Positions 46,539 to 58,638 of a DNA stretch of 64,000 bases are shown piece by piece; position 1 is the first letter of the stretch; every line of letters begins with the position of its first letter. Made by a program: the position numbers and the translations under genes. The notes beneath the pieces are model-generated. The model saw only the letters and a program-made list of their open reading frames with translations. It did not search any database and was not told where the DNA came from. Location: positions 1 through 64,000 of the forward strand of contig JAPDFW010000088.1 in NCBI GenBank assembly GCA_028826165.1, read 5' to 3'. This DNA comes from Anaeramoeba ignava BMAN. Taxonomy: Eukaryota > Protista > Anaeramoebae.

Positions 46539-48761
46539 TTATTTTTTTTCTTTTTCTTTTTCTTTTATATTTTTTAATTCTTTTAAAATAATAGTTGATT
46601 TAACTAAAGTTTGATATTCATTTAATAAAAGTGGCATTTCTTTCATTGTAATTTCTTCAAAAGATTTCTTATTTGATAAAGATAAAGGTATTTCAAATAA
46701 TCTATTCCAATCAATTTTTGGATCTTGACTCTCTTGTACTTTATCTGTTAAAGTTGATAAATAATTCCTTAAATTTCTAACTTGAATTGGATAATCAGTT
46801 TGGACAAGGATTTCTTCTTCAAAAGATTCCACTTTTTGTAAATGAAAATCTTCAAAAATTTTTCGACTTGTTTTTTCTAAAACATTTGCACATTGAGTAA
46901 ATAAAGAAAAAAAATAACCGTCTTCTTTCTTTCCAAACAATTCTGGATTTTCAAAATTTCGAATAAAGAAAATATTTGTATATAATTTTTCCGGATTCAC
47001 TTTTAAAATAACATAACTGAGTAAAGTGGACAAGTCCCCCTTTTCCCAAAAAGATCGTCGATGTGAAATTCCCAAAAGAGATTCACATGTTTTTACAATG
47101 CATTTTAATTTATCTTTTGGTGTTTTTTTCTGATTTAGTTTCGCTAGTATTTCTTGTGATTGTTGTATTTTTGAATGATCAACAAATCTTCCTTTAATTT
47201 TGAAGTGCTTTAATGTTACAAATTTTAAATGTTCAAATTGCTTGTGAATTTTTGTATCTTGAAAAAACATTTCGTTTTCTCCTGATTGAAATATTTTTTC
47301 ATAAACTCTTTTAATAATAAATTGTTCAAATATATATGTTAATGTTTCTTTCTTTTGTTTTTGTTGTTTTTTTATTTGTCTTTGTAGTTGTGCTAAGCGA
47401 TCTTGATTTTGATTTTTATTTTGATTTTGATTTTCATTTTGATTTTGATTTTGATTTTCATTTTGATTTTGATTTTGATTTTGATTTTGATTTTGATTTT
47501 GATTTTGATTTTGATTTTGATTTTGATTTTTATTTTGATTTTGATTTTGATTTTGATTTTGATTTTCATTTTGATTTTGATTTTGATTTTGATTTTGATT
47601 TTGATTTTGATTTTGATTTTGATTTTGATTTTGATTTTTATTTTGATTTTGATTTTTATTTTTATTTTGATTTTTATTTTGATTTTGATTTTGATTTTCA
47701 TTTTGATTTTGATTTTGATTTTGATTTTGATTTTGATTTTGATTTTGATTTTGATTTTCATTTTGATTTTGATTTTGATTTTGATTTTGATTTTGATTTT
47801 CATTTTGATTTTGATTTTGATTTTGATTTTTTGATTTTGATTTTGATTTTGATTTTGATTTTGATTTTGATTTTTGATTTTGATTTTGATTTATATTTAA
47901 ATTTTCATTTTTTTCCTCCTTATTAAAAAGTGGATCTGTGATATATTTATCAGTTAAATTAATTATAAATGAAGAAATAAACTCTTTTGATTCTTTTTGT
48001 GAAAAATCTCTTTTCAAAAAAGCACCAATAAAAAGTATTAATTCTTGAGAAATTTCTTCATTTGGGAATTTTTTAACATAATTTTCTAATTCTTCCTCTG
48101 TTAATATTTTCATTTTATTCGCTTGATTATTATTATTATTATTTTGTTCTTGATGTTCTTTTAATATTTTATTTTTAATTTTCTTTTCAATTGAAATAAT
48201 GATTGGATTTTTAAATTTGAAATGATGCTTTAAAAAATTTTCATGAACATTTTGACCCCAATAACATAAATCATAAACTAAGGGTTGGGAAATAATAATA
48301 ATCTCCTGTTCTTGAGTAATATCATTAAACCACAACCTTTCCTTTTTAACAACTGTTGATTTCGAATGAATTTCTTTAGGTTTTTGTAAGAAAATTTGAG
48401 ATTTCATTTCAAATAATTCTTTATATTTCTTTTTCTTCAAAAATCGAAATTCACGTTTTTCTAACGGATTTATTGGTTGTGTAAGAATCTCAAATATTTG
48501 TGTCCTTCCTTTAAAATAGATTATTCCAAATGCTCCATTGAATGTAATAAATTGTTTTGAATTTTTTTCATTTAAAAGAATTAAATGAGTTGCAAGAAGT
48601 GTTTGTGTTATTTCAATTGATTCAAGTGATTTGCTTTTTGGAATTAAAATAAGTGATGCTTCTTGTGATATAAAATGAAAAATTTCTTTGTTTTGAGTTT
48701 TTCTTAATAATGTTATTAAGGGATTATCTCTTTCATTTGAAATTAAATTTTGATTTAACAT
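46539..48761 (-). CDS. VPS9-domain Rab GEF-like protein with a Varp/ANKRD27-like N-terminus and a long NQ insert
   Basis: KTPKDKLKCIVKTC, LLSYVILKVNPEKLYTNIFFIRNF, GYFF (VPS9). The N-terminal NPL...LILIPKSKSL...THLIL...FITFNG resembles the Varp N-terminal region. Confidence 0.82.
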   Translation of the reverse strand: MLNQNLISNERDNPLITLLRKTQNKEIFHFISQEASLILIPKSKSLESIEITQTLLATHLILLNEKNSKQFITFNGAFGIIYFKGRTQIFEILTQPINPLEKREFRFLKKKKYKELFEMKSQIFLQKPKEIHSKSTVVKKERLWFNDITQEQEIIIISQPLVYDLCYWGQNVHENFLKHHFKFKNPIIISIEKKIKNKILKEHQEQNNNNNNQANKMKILTEEELENYVKKFPNEEISQELILFIGAFLKRDFSQKESKEFISSFIINLTDKYITDPLFNKEEKNENLNINQNQNQKSKSKSKSKSKSKSKNQNQNQNQNENQNQNQNQNQNQNENQNQNQNQNQNQNQNQNQNENQNQNQNKNQNKNKNQNQNKNQNQNQNQNQNQNQNQNQNQNQNENQNQNQNQNQNKNQNQNQNQNQNQNQNQNQNQNQNENQNQNQNENQNQNKNQNQDRLAQLQRQIKKQQKQKKETLTYIFEQFIIKRVYEKIFQSGENEMFFQDTKIHKQFEHLKFVTLKHFKIKGRFVDHSKIQQSQEILAKLNQKKTPKDKLKCIVKTCESLLGISHRRSFWEKGDLSTLLSYVILKVNPEKLYTNIFFIRNFENPELFGKKEDGYFFSLFTQCANVLEKTSRKIFEDFHLQKVESFEEEILVQTDYPIQVRNLRNYLSTLTDKVQESQDPKIDWNRLFEIPLSLSNKKSFEEITMKEMPLLLNEYQTLVKSTIILKELKNIKEKEKEKK

Positions 48762-49138
48762 TTTAAAAAAAAAATGAAAAATAAAAATTAAAATTAAAAT
48801 TAAAATAAAAAAAGAAAAGAAAAGAAAAGAAAAGAAAAAGAAATATAAAAAGATAAGATTTAAAAAAAAGGATTTACAAAACGTTTTGTTTCCAAAATTT
48901 TATTTATTTATAATAAAAAAACAAAACGTTTTTTGAAAAAAAAAATAAAAATTTAAAAATAAAAAAATCTAAAAAAAAAAAACTTTCATTTTTTTCATTT
49001 CTTTTTTATTTTTCTTTTTCTTTGCTTTTTTCTTTCTTTTTACTTATCTTTCTTTTTTAATACAAATTAAAGTAAAAAAATTTTTTTTTTATTTTTAAAT
49101 ATAAATTTTAATTTTTTAATTTTAATTTTTTAAAAGGA

Positions 49139-51842
49139 ATGAATCCTGAATACGATTATCTTTTCAAACTTTTACTAATTGGAGATTCTGGTTTGTTATT
49201 TTTATTTTTTTTTAATTTTTTAATTTTAATTTTATAATTTTAAAAAAAAAAAATTTTTTTAATTTAATTAATGAATTTGCTTTTTATTTTTAATTTTTTT
49301 TTATTAAATAGGTGTCGGAAAAAGTTGTTTGTTACTTCGATTTGCTGTTTGTTTTTTTTTTTATTTTTATTTATTCTTTAATTAATTCCACATTTTTATT
49401 AATTTTCCGGTTTTTTTTTCTCTCTTTTCAAAAAAAAATAAATAAAATTCATTTTCAAAATAGGATGATACTTATACAGAAAGTTATATTAGTACAATTG
49501 GAGTTGATTTTGTAAATATTTTCTTTCTTTTTTATAAAACAAAAAGAGAAATAATTATTTCTCATTTATTGATAAAATTATTTTTATTTTTTTTTAAAAT
49601 AGAAAAATGAACAATCGAATTAGAAGGAAAAACAATTAAACTTCAAATTGTAAATTAAATTTAATAATTTTAATAATTTTAATAATTTTAATAATAATTT
49701 TAATAATAAATATAATAATAATTTTAATAATAATTTTAATAATAATTTTAATAATAAATTTAATAATAATTTTAATAATAATTTTAATAATAATTTTAAT
49801 AATAATTTTAATAATAATTTTAATAATAATTTAAATAATAATTTTAATAATAAATTTAATAATAATTTTAATAATAATTTTAATAATAATTTTAATAATA
49901 ATTTTTAATAATAATTTTAATAATAAATATAATAATAATTTTAATAAATTTTTTAATTTTAATAATAATTTTAATAATAATTTTTAATAATAATTTTAAT
50001 AATAATTTTAATAATAATTTTTAATAATAAATTTAATAATAATTTTTAATAATAATTTTAATAATAATTTTTAATAATAATTTTAATAATAATTTTAATA
50101 ATAATTTTAATAATAAATTTAATAATAATTTTAATAATAATTTAAATAATAAATTTAATAATAAATTTAATAATAAATTTAATAATAAATTTAATAATAA
50201 ATTTAATAATAAATATAATAATAAATATAATAATAAAAATATAATAATAAATATAATAAATATAATAATAATTTTAATAATAATTTTAATAATAATTTTA
50301 ATAATAATTTTAATAATAATTTTAATAATAAATTTAAATAATAAATTTAATAATAAAATTTAATAATAAATTTAATAATAAATTTAATAATAAATAATAA
50401 TAATTATAATAATAATATAATAAAAAATATAATAATAAATATAATAATAAATATAATTAATAATAATAATTTTAATAATAATTTTAATAATAAAAAATAT
50501 AATAATAAATATAATAATAAATATAATTAATAATAATAATTTTAATAATAATTTTAATAATAATTTTAATAATAATTTTAATAATAATTTTAATAATAAT
50601 TTAATAATAATTTAATAATAATTTTTTAATAATAATTTTAATAATAATTTTAATAATAATTTTAATAATAAATTTAATAATAATTTTAATAATAATTTTA
50701 ATAATAATTTTAATAATAAATTTAATAATAATTTTAATAATAAATTTAATAATAATTTTAATAATAATTTTAAATAATAATTTTAATAATAATTTTAATA
50801 ATAATTTTAATAATAATTTTAATAATAAATTTAATAATCAATTTAATAATAAATTTAATAATAAATTTAATAATAATTTTAAATAATAATTCTAATAATC
50901 AATTTAATAATAAATTTAATAATAAATTTAATAATAAATTTAATAATAAATTTAATAATAAATTTAATAATAAATTTAATAATAATTTTAATAATAAATT
51001 TAATAATTTTAATAATAATTTTAATAATTTTAAAGTGGGATACAGCTGGTCAAGAAAGATTTAGAACAATTACAAGTAGTTATTATAGAGGAGCTCATGG
51101 AATTATTATTGTTTATGATGTTACAGATCAAGAATCTTTTAATAATGTTAAAACTTGGCTTCATGAAATTGATAGATATGCATCAGAACATGTTAATAAA
51201 CTTCTTGTTGGAAATAAATCAGATCTTGTTTCTAAAAAAGTAGTTGACACAGATACAGCAAAAGTAATTATTAAATTAAATTAAAATTCAATTTAAATTT
51301 AAAATTAAAATTAAAATTAAAATTAAAATTAAAATCAAAATTAAAATTAAAATTAAAATTAAAATTAAAATTAAAAATAAAATTAAAATAATAAAATTAA
51401 AATTAAATTTAAAATTAAAATTAAAATTAAAATTAAAATTAAAATTAAAATTAAAATTAAAATTAAAATTAAAATTAAAATTAAAAAATTAAAATTAAAA
51501 TAAAATTAAAATTAAAATTAAAATTAATATTAAAATTAAAATTAAAATTAAAATTAAAATTAAAATTAAAATTAAAATTAAAATTAAAATTAAAATTAAA
51601 TTTAAAATTAAAATTAAAATTAAAATTAAAATTCATTTTAAAAATAGTCTTTCGCAGATCAACTTGGAATTCCTTTCCTTGAAACAAGTGCTAAAAATTC
51701 AACAAATGTTGAAAAAGCTTTTATTACAATGGCAGCAGAAATTAAGAAAAGAGTAGGAACAACTTCAACTACAACTTCAACACCAAAAAACGTCAAAGTT
51801 TCTGGAGGTCAAAATGTAGGAAAGAAAGGAGGTTGTTGTTAG
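49139..51842 (+). CDS. RAB1: Rab1/Ypt1 GTPase. Exons 49139-49190, 49312-49346, 49464-49511, 49603-49649 (1 nt short), 51036-51263, 51648-51842
   Basis: [45 protein letters not shown]...[35 protein letters not shown]...GNKSD...ETSAK...GGCC*. Confidence 0.96.
49660..51030. repeat. ~12-bp tandem repeat (AATAATAATTTT/AATAATAAATTT) filling RAB1 intron 4
   Basis: Visible tandem repeat between the donor at 49650 and the acceptor at 51035. Confidence 0.93.
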
Positions 51843-52208
51843 AAAAAAAATATGATCCAAAAATTAATCAATTAATCAATTAATCAATTTTATTTTTTTA
51901 ATTTTCTATTTTCTTTCCATTTTCTTCTCAATTCTTAATTTCTTTCTTAATTTCTTTTTCTATTTCTTTTTCTTTCCAAAAAAAAAATGATGATTTTTTT
52001 TAATTTGATTTGGGTTGGTTTAAATTAATAAAGAAAATCAAAATAATTTAAATTAAATAATTATTATTTTTATTCTTATTTAATTAAAAAAAAAACCGTT
52101 AAACAAAATAAAACAAAATAAAACTAAATTAAACAAAACAATCTAAAAGGAAATTCTTTTTTTTTTTTCATTTTTCATTTTTCATTTTCCTTATTTTTTA
52201 ATAAAGAA

Positions 52209-55200
52209 ATGGTTTGAATTTTATTTATAAATAAAAATATCAAAAAATATCTTTATTATAATTTTGTTTGATTTAATTCAATTCAAATTCTTTTGAAAAA
52301 TAAAAAGGATATTCGAAAATTTGTTATGGTTAAAACTAGAGAAGAAAAAAAAAGAAAAGAAATGAGTCCACCTCCAAAACAAGAATCAGAATCACATAAA
52401 AAAGAAGAAATTGTAAAGATTTACTAATAAATATTTTATTCAATCTTCTTTTATTTAAATGAAAATTTTTTTGATAATCAATTATTTATTTTCAATTCAA
52501 TTCAATTTATAAAAAAAAAATATTATTTAAATATAAAAGAATCAAGAATTGAAGAAAATAAAAGTAAAAACTCCAACAAAAAAACGACTCACAAGATCAG
52601 CAACAAAAAAACAAAAAGAAGAAAAAAAGCAATTGAAACAAAAATCAAAGTTAAACCAAAAATCTCAATCAAAAGCAAAAAAGAAATCAGAATCAAAATC
52701 AGAAACAGAACCAAAAGAAAAATTACAATCACAATCAAAATCAAAATCAAAATTAAAATCAAAATTACAATCACAATCAAAATCAAAATCAAAATCAAAA
52801 TTACAATCACAATTAAAATCAAAATCAAAGTTAAAATCAAGTGAAAATCTTGAATCAAAAAATAAATTAAATGAAAAGCCTAAATTAAAATCAAAATCAA
52901 AATCAAAATCAGAAATAAAACCAAAATCAAAATCAAAATCTAAATCTAAATCAGAAATAGAACCAAAATCAAAATCAAAATCAAAATCAAAATCTAAATC
53001 AGAAATAGAACCAAAATCAAAATCAAAATCAAAATCAAAATCAAAATCAAAATCTAAATCAGAAATAGAACCAAAATCAAAATCAAAATCAAAACCAAAA
53101 TCAAAAATAGAACCAAAATCAAAAATAGATAAATCAAAATCTAAATCAGAAATAAAACCAAAATCAAAATCAAAATCAAAATCAGAAATAGAACCAAAAT
53201 CAAAATCAAAATCAAAATCAAAATCAAAATCAAAATCAAAATCAAAATCTAAATCTAAATCAGAAATAGAACCAAAATCTAAATCAAAACCAAAATCAAA
53301 ATCAAAATCAAAATCAAAATCAAAATCAGAAATAGAACCAAAATCAAAATCAAAATCTAAATCAGAAATAGAACCAAAATCAAAAATAAAACCTAAATCA
53401 GAAATAAAACCAAAACCAAAAGAAAAAACTAAATCGAGTAAACAAAATCAAACAGAGAAAAAAACTACACCATCAAAAAAATCCAAAAGAAGCTTGTAAT
53501 TAATTTGATCTTATTTAAAATGGAAAAAAAAATATTCTTTAAACTTGATATAAATTGAAATTAAAAAAAAAACTCAAAATTTTTTCTTTATTAAATAAAT
53601 AATAGTTTTTTTGCAAAGAAAACACAAGCACCTCCAAATAAAGGAAAAAAAGAAATTCCAAAAGGAGAGTCAATGTGTTTAGATCAATTAACATTCACAA
53701 TAACTGGAGTATTGGATTCATTAGAAAGGGAAGAAGCAACAGATCTTATTAAAAGTTATGGCGGGTAAAAAACAAAATAAACAAACAAATTTTTTAATTG
53801 AAAAAAAATTTTGACACTTTATTTTTCGATATTTTTTTCGATATTTTTTTCGATATTTTTTTCGATATTTTTTTTTAGTCGAGTTGTTTCTGCTGTTTCA
53901 GGAAGAGTTAACTATTTAATTGCAGGAATTGAACCAGGAGAAACAAAAATCAAAAAAGCAAAGCAATTAAGAACAAAGATGATTGATGAAGATGGATTAT
54001 TCGAACTAATCAAAACAAGAAAACCACCAAAAACATCGAAAACTCCAAAAAAATCACAAAATCGGAAAAAAACAAGTTCTTCAAATCAAAATCAAAATCA
54101 AAATCAAAATCAAAATCAAAAAAATTCTTCAGATTTGCAACTTTGGACAACAAAATATCATCCTCAAACAACAAAAGATATTGCAGCAAATGGAACTGCA
54201 ATCCAAACTTTAAGGCATTGGCTCCAAAATTGGAGTGAAAACAAGAAAAAAGATGAACAAAAAAAAAATGAAGCAAAAAAACAAAAAGGCAAAAAACCGA
54301 AAAATTCAGGAAACCAAAAAAAAACAACAAAAAACGAATTTACAAGAGCTGTATTAATTTCTGGAGCTCCTGGAATAGGAAAAACAACATCAGCCGTTCT
54401 TGTTTCTAAAGAATTGGGTTTTTTTCCAGTTGAGTTAAACGCAAGTGATTCTAGAAGCAAACAAAGTTTCCATGAATTTACAAATTATTTAAGTGATAAC
54501 GTCACTTTGGAATCTTTTTTTGCAAAAAAAGTTCGCCAACAAAACGGGAGTTTTTTGATCCAAAATTTAATCCAAAAACATGAAAAGGCAGTTTTGATAA
54601 TGGACGAAGTTGATGGAATGAGTACTGGTGATAGGGGGGGCATGCTTGAGTTGATCACCTTTATCAAAAATGCTCCTCTTCCAGTTATTTGTATTTGCAA
54701 TGATCGTCAAAGCTCAAAGGTTCGCAGATTGGCTCAATATTGCTTGGATTTGAAGTTTAGAAAACCAACTTCTGCTCAATTAATTCCTGTAATCTCCAAA
54801 ATTGTTGAAAAGGAAAACTTTAAGAATTTTTCTCGAAATTCTCTTGAAAAACTTTTGGATGAAACTAATTGTGATCTTCGTTATGCAATTAATATGCTTC
54901 AAACATGGCATTCTACATCTAATAGTTTAGCATATAATGAGGTTACTGAAAGGTAAATTATTCAAATTAATTTATTCAAAATTATTTTATTCAAATTATT
55001 CTATTTAAAATTATTTAATTTATTTTATTCAAATTATTCAAATTATTTTATTCAAATTTATTTTATTCAAATTATTTATTCAAATTATTCAATTTATTTT
55101 ATTCAAATTATTCTATTTAAAATTATTCAATTTATTTTATTCAAATTAATTCATTTAAAATTATTCAAATTTATTCAATTTATTTTATCCAAAATTATTT

Positions 55201-56285
55201 TATTTATCCAAAATTATTTTATTTATCCAAAATTATTTTATTTATTCAAAATTATTCAAATTTATTTAAATAGAATGAAAAATGTCACAAAAAATCAATC
55301 TCTTTCTCCTTTTGATATCACAAGAAAATTATTCAGTTCTCCAACAAAAAAAGATAAAATATCAGATTTACTTTCTTTATTTTTCCAGGATTACGAACTG
55401 ATTCCAGTAATGACTTTTGAGAATTACTTGAACACTTATCCAGTCCAAACAGATGGATTTGGAGATCAAAGTTTACAAGAATCACACACAATCGCAATCG
55501 ATATGATTTCTGATGCTGATATAATGTATCGGAAAATACGAACAAATCAAAATTGGGAATTATTGAACAGTTATGGATTCTTATCTTCAGTTGGACCAGC
55601 AAAAATGTTTAGTGGATTAAACACAAAGATCAATTTTCCCACAATTTGGCCCAAAATTTCAGTTACAAACCGGCGATATCGCGAACTTCGAGAAATTCAA
55701 TCCAAAATGAACCCAGTTTCACAATCAGATAAAATTTCAATTAGACTTGATTATCTTGATTCAATGAGAAAATTTCTTTCTTTGCCTCTTATTAACAAAA
55801 AAGAAAATGGAATTCCTGAAGTCATTCAAATAATGGATTGTTATAAATTAGAAAGAAGTGATTGGGATTCAATTATGGAAATGACACAAATTTTTGGAGA
55901 TAAAAAAAAATCTAATTTTTTTGGTCCAATTTCTTCTGTTGATTTAAGTTTAATTCCAACAGCTTTAAAAACAAAATTCACTCGTCAATTCAATCAATCT
56001 CATGGAAAAGCAATTTTAGTTAGGAAAAAGAAAGGAAAAAATGAAAATAATGGATCTGGTTTAGATGCTCCTCCTGTTGATGATTCTGCCATTTTATTAG
56101 AAGATGATGAAAACAAAGATGATGATGAAGATGATGATGATCTTTTAGTTCAAAAATTACAAATAAATAAAAATAAAAAAATAAAAATAATAAAAAATAA
56201 TAAAAATAATAACAAGAAATCAACTGGAACAAGAAAGAAATCACCAACAAAAAGAAAGAAAACTCAAACAAGAAAGAAAAAATAA
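52209..56285 (+). CDS. RFC1: Replication factor C subunit 1. Exons 52209-52211 (ATG), 52308-52412, 52540-53495, 53606-53764, 53879-54952, 55274-56285
   Basis: MDIRKF N-terminus; BRCT CLDQLTFTITGVLDSLEREEATDLIKSYGG|RVVSAVSG; LWTTKYHP; Walker A GAPGIGKT; ELNASD; MDEVDGM; RFC1 C-terminal KTKFTRQFN. All junctions are phase-consistent. Confidence 0.95.
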
Positions 56286-56568
56286 CAAAAATCTTTTTCA
56301 ATTATTTTCTTTTCTTTTCTTTTCTTTTCTTGTTTTTCAAAAATTTAAAAATTTAAATTAAAAAGAAATGATTTTTTTTGATTTGATTTGTATTTTAAAA
56401 AGTTTTTTTTTATTGTTTCTGAAATTTTGAATTTAAAAAAATGAAAAAGTAATTTTAATTTTGGTTTAAATTTTGGAAATTGTTTTTTCTTTTTGGGAAA
56501 TGTTAATTTGAATTTGAAAATATTTTGGTTTTTAATTTTTAAGGATCTATTGATTGAATAAATGAAGC

Positions 56569-58345
56569 TTAACGATATCTTCTTAATGAGAGAGTATTTC
56601 TTCTCTTCCAATCTCCACGTCTTGATGGTCTAAGTTTAGAATATCTATGTCCTCTTCCTCTCAAACCTTTATAAATAGAAATAATTTTTAATTTTATTTC
56701 AATTTAATTTCATTTCAATTTATTTCATTTTATTTCAATTTAAATTTCAATATTTTATTTCAATATTTTTATTTCAATTTAATTTTAATTTTAATTTTAT
56801 TTTAATTTCATTTTATTTTAATTTAATTATTTCATGTTAATTTAATTTCAATTTAATTATTTCATGTTTTGGATTAATTTCATTTTAATTTTATTTCATT
56901 TCAATTTAATTTTATTTTATTTCATTATTTTATTTCATGTTTTGGATTAATTTAATTTTATTTCATTTTATTTCATTTTATTTTATTTCATTTCAATTTT
57001 ATTTTATTTCATTTCATGTTTTGGATTAATTTCAATTTAATTTCATTTTATTTCAATTTAATTTTATTTCAATTTAATTTTATTTCATTATTTTATTTAA
57101 TTATTTTATTTCATTTCAATTTAATTTTATTTCATTTTATTTCATTTTATTTTATTTCATTTTAATTTTATTTTATTTTATTTCAATTTAATTTAATTTT
57201 ATTTCATTTCATGTTTTGGATTAATTTCAATTTAATTTTATTTTTGAAATTAATTTATTTACCTCGATGTTTTCTTCCTGCTGAAGTTAATCCTCTTGAT
57301 TCTCGATGTTTCATTGTTGGTCTACAAATCCAATTTATTCTTGGATTATCTCGGATTCTTTTATGAAATGGATCAACTAAAATAACTTCATAAAATTTAT
57401 AAGTTGAATCTGCATTGATCCAATAACTATTTAAAACTCTTAAATTTCCACATCTTTTGCCAACTCTTTCTTCAGCAACACTTCTTATATTTTTTGCTGA
57501 TTTCATTCTGTTAACACCTTGACTTTTTGGTTTTCCATGAACTTGACCCTTTCTAACTTGCTTTTTGCGACCACCTTTTCTTATTCTAATTCTATAAATA
57601 ACAAATCCTAAAATAAAAGTAAATTTTCAAAATGAATTTTAATTTTAATTTTAATTTTAATTTTAATTTAAATTTTAATTTTAATTTGAATTTTAATTTT
57701 AATTTTAATTTTCAAAATTAATTTTAATTTTAATTTTAATTTTAATTTTAATTTTAATTTTATAAATGAATTTTAATTTTAATTTTAATTTTAATTTTGA
57801 TTTTAATTTTAATTTTAATTTTAATTTTAATTTTAATTTTAATTTTAATTTTGATTTTAATTTTAAATTTAATTTTAATTTTAATTTTAATTTTAATTTT
57901 AATTTTAATTTTAATTTTAATTTAAATATTAATTTTAATTTTAATTTTAATTTTAATTTTAATTTTAATTTTAATTTTAATTTTAATTTTAATTTTAATT
58001 TTAATTTTGATTTTAATTTTAATTTTAATTTTAATTTAAATTTTGATTTTAATTTTGAATTTAAATTTTAATTTTGAATTTAAATTTTAATTTTAATTTT
58101 ATTTTTATTTTTATTTTTATAAATGAATTTTAATTTTAATTTTAATTTAATAAATGAATTTTAATTTAAATACCTTGAGATGCTTTATAACCAAGCATTC
58201 TAGCTTTATCAGGTCTAGAAGGTCTTGGAGCACGATGAATTGTAGGTAATTGACGATATTGCCAAGCTCTCATTCTAAGCAGAAAACGGATTACATCGCT
58301 CTGCTTTTTTCTCATTAATTCTTGCATATACTTATAAGCTCCCAT
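56569..58345 (-). CDS. RPL15: 60S ribosomal protein eL15. Exons 58345-58174, 57607-57263, 56666-56569; possible 5'-UTR intron 58442-58352
   Basis: [28 protein letters not shown]...[15 protein letters not shown]...[19 protein letters not shown]...[16 protein letters not shown]...[13 protein letters not shown]. Confidence 0.97.
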
Positions 58346-58638
58346 TATTTACTTTTAAATTTTTAATTTTAATTTTTATTTAATTTTTATTTTAATTTTT
58401 ATTTTAATTTTTATTTTTATTTAATTTATTTTTAAAATAAACCTTCTAAAACAAAAGAAAATGGAAAAGAAAAAAATGAAAAAAAAAAAAAAATTTTTTT
58501 TTAATTAAAAAAAAAAAGGAGAAAAAAAATAAATTAAAAAAAAAAAGAAGAAAAATAAAAATAAATTAAAAAAATTCTTTTTCATTTTTTCTCTTCATTT
58601 TCTTTTATTTTTTTTAAAATTAAAATTAAAATTAAATA

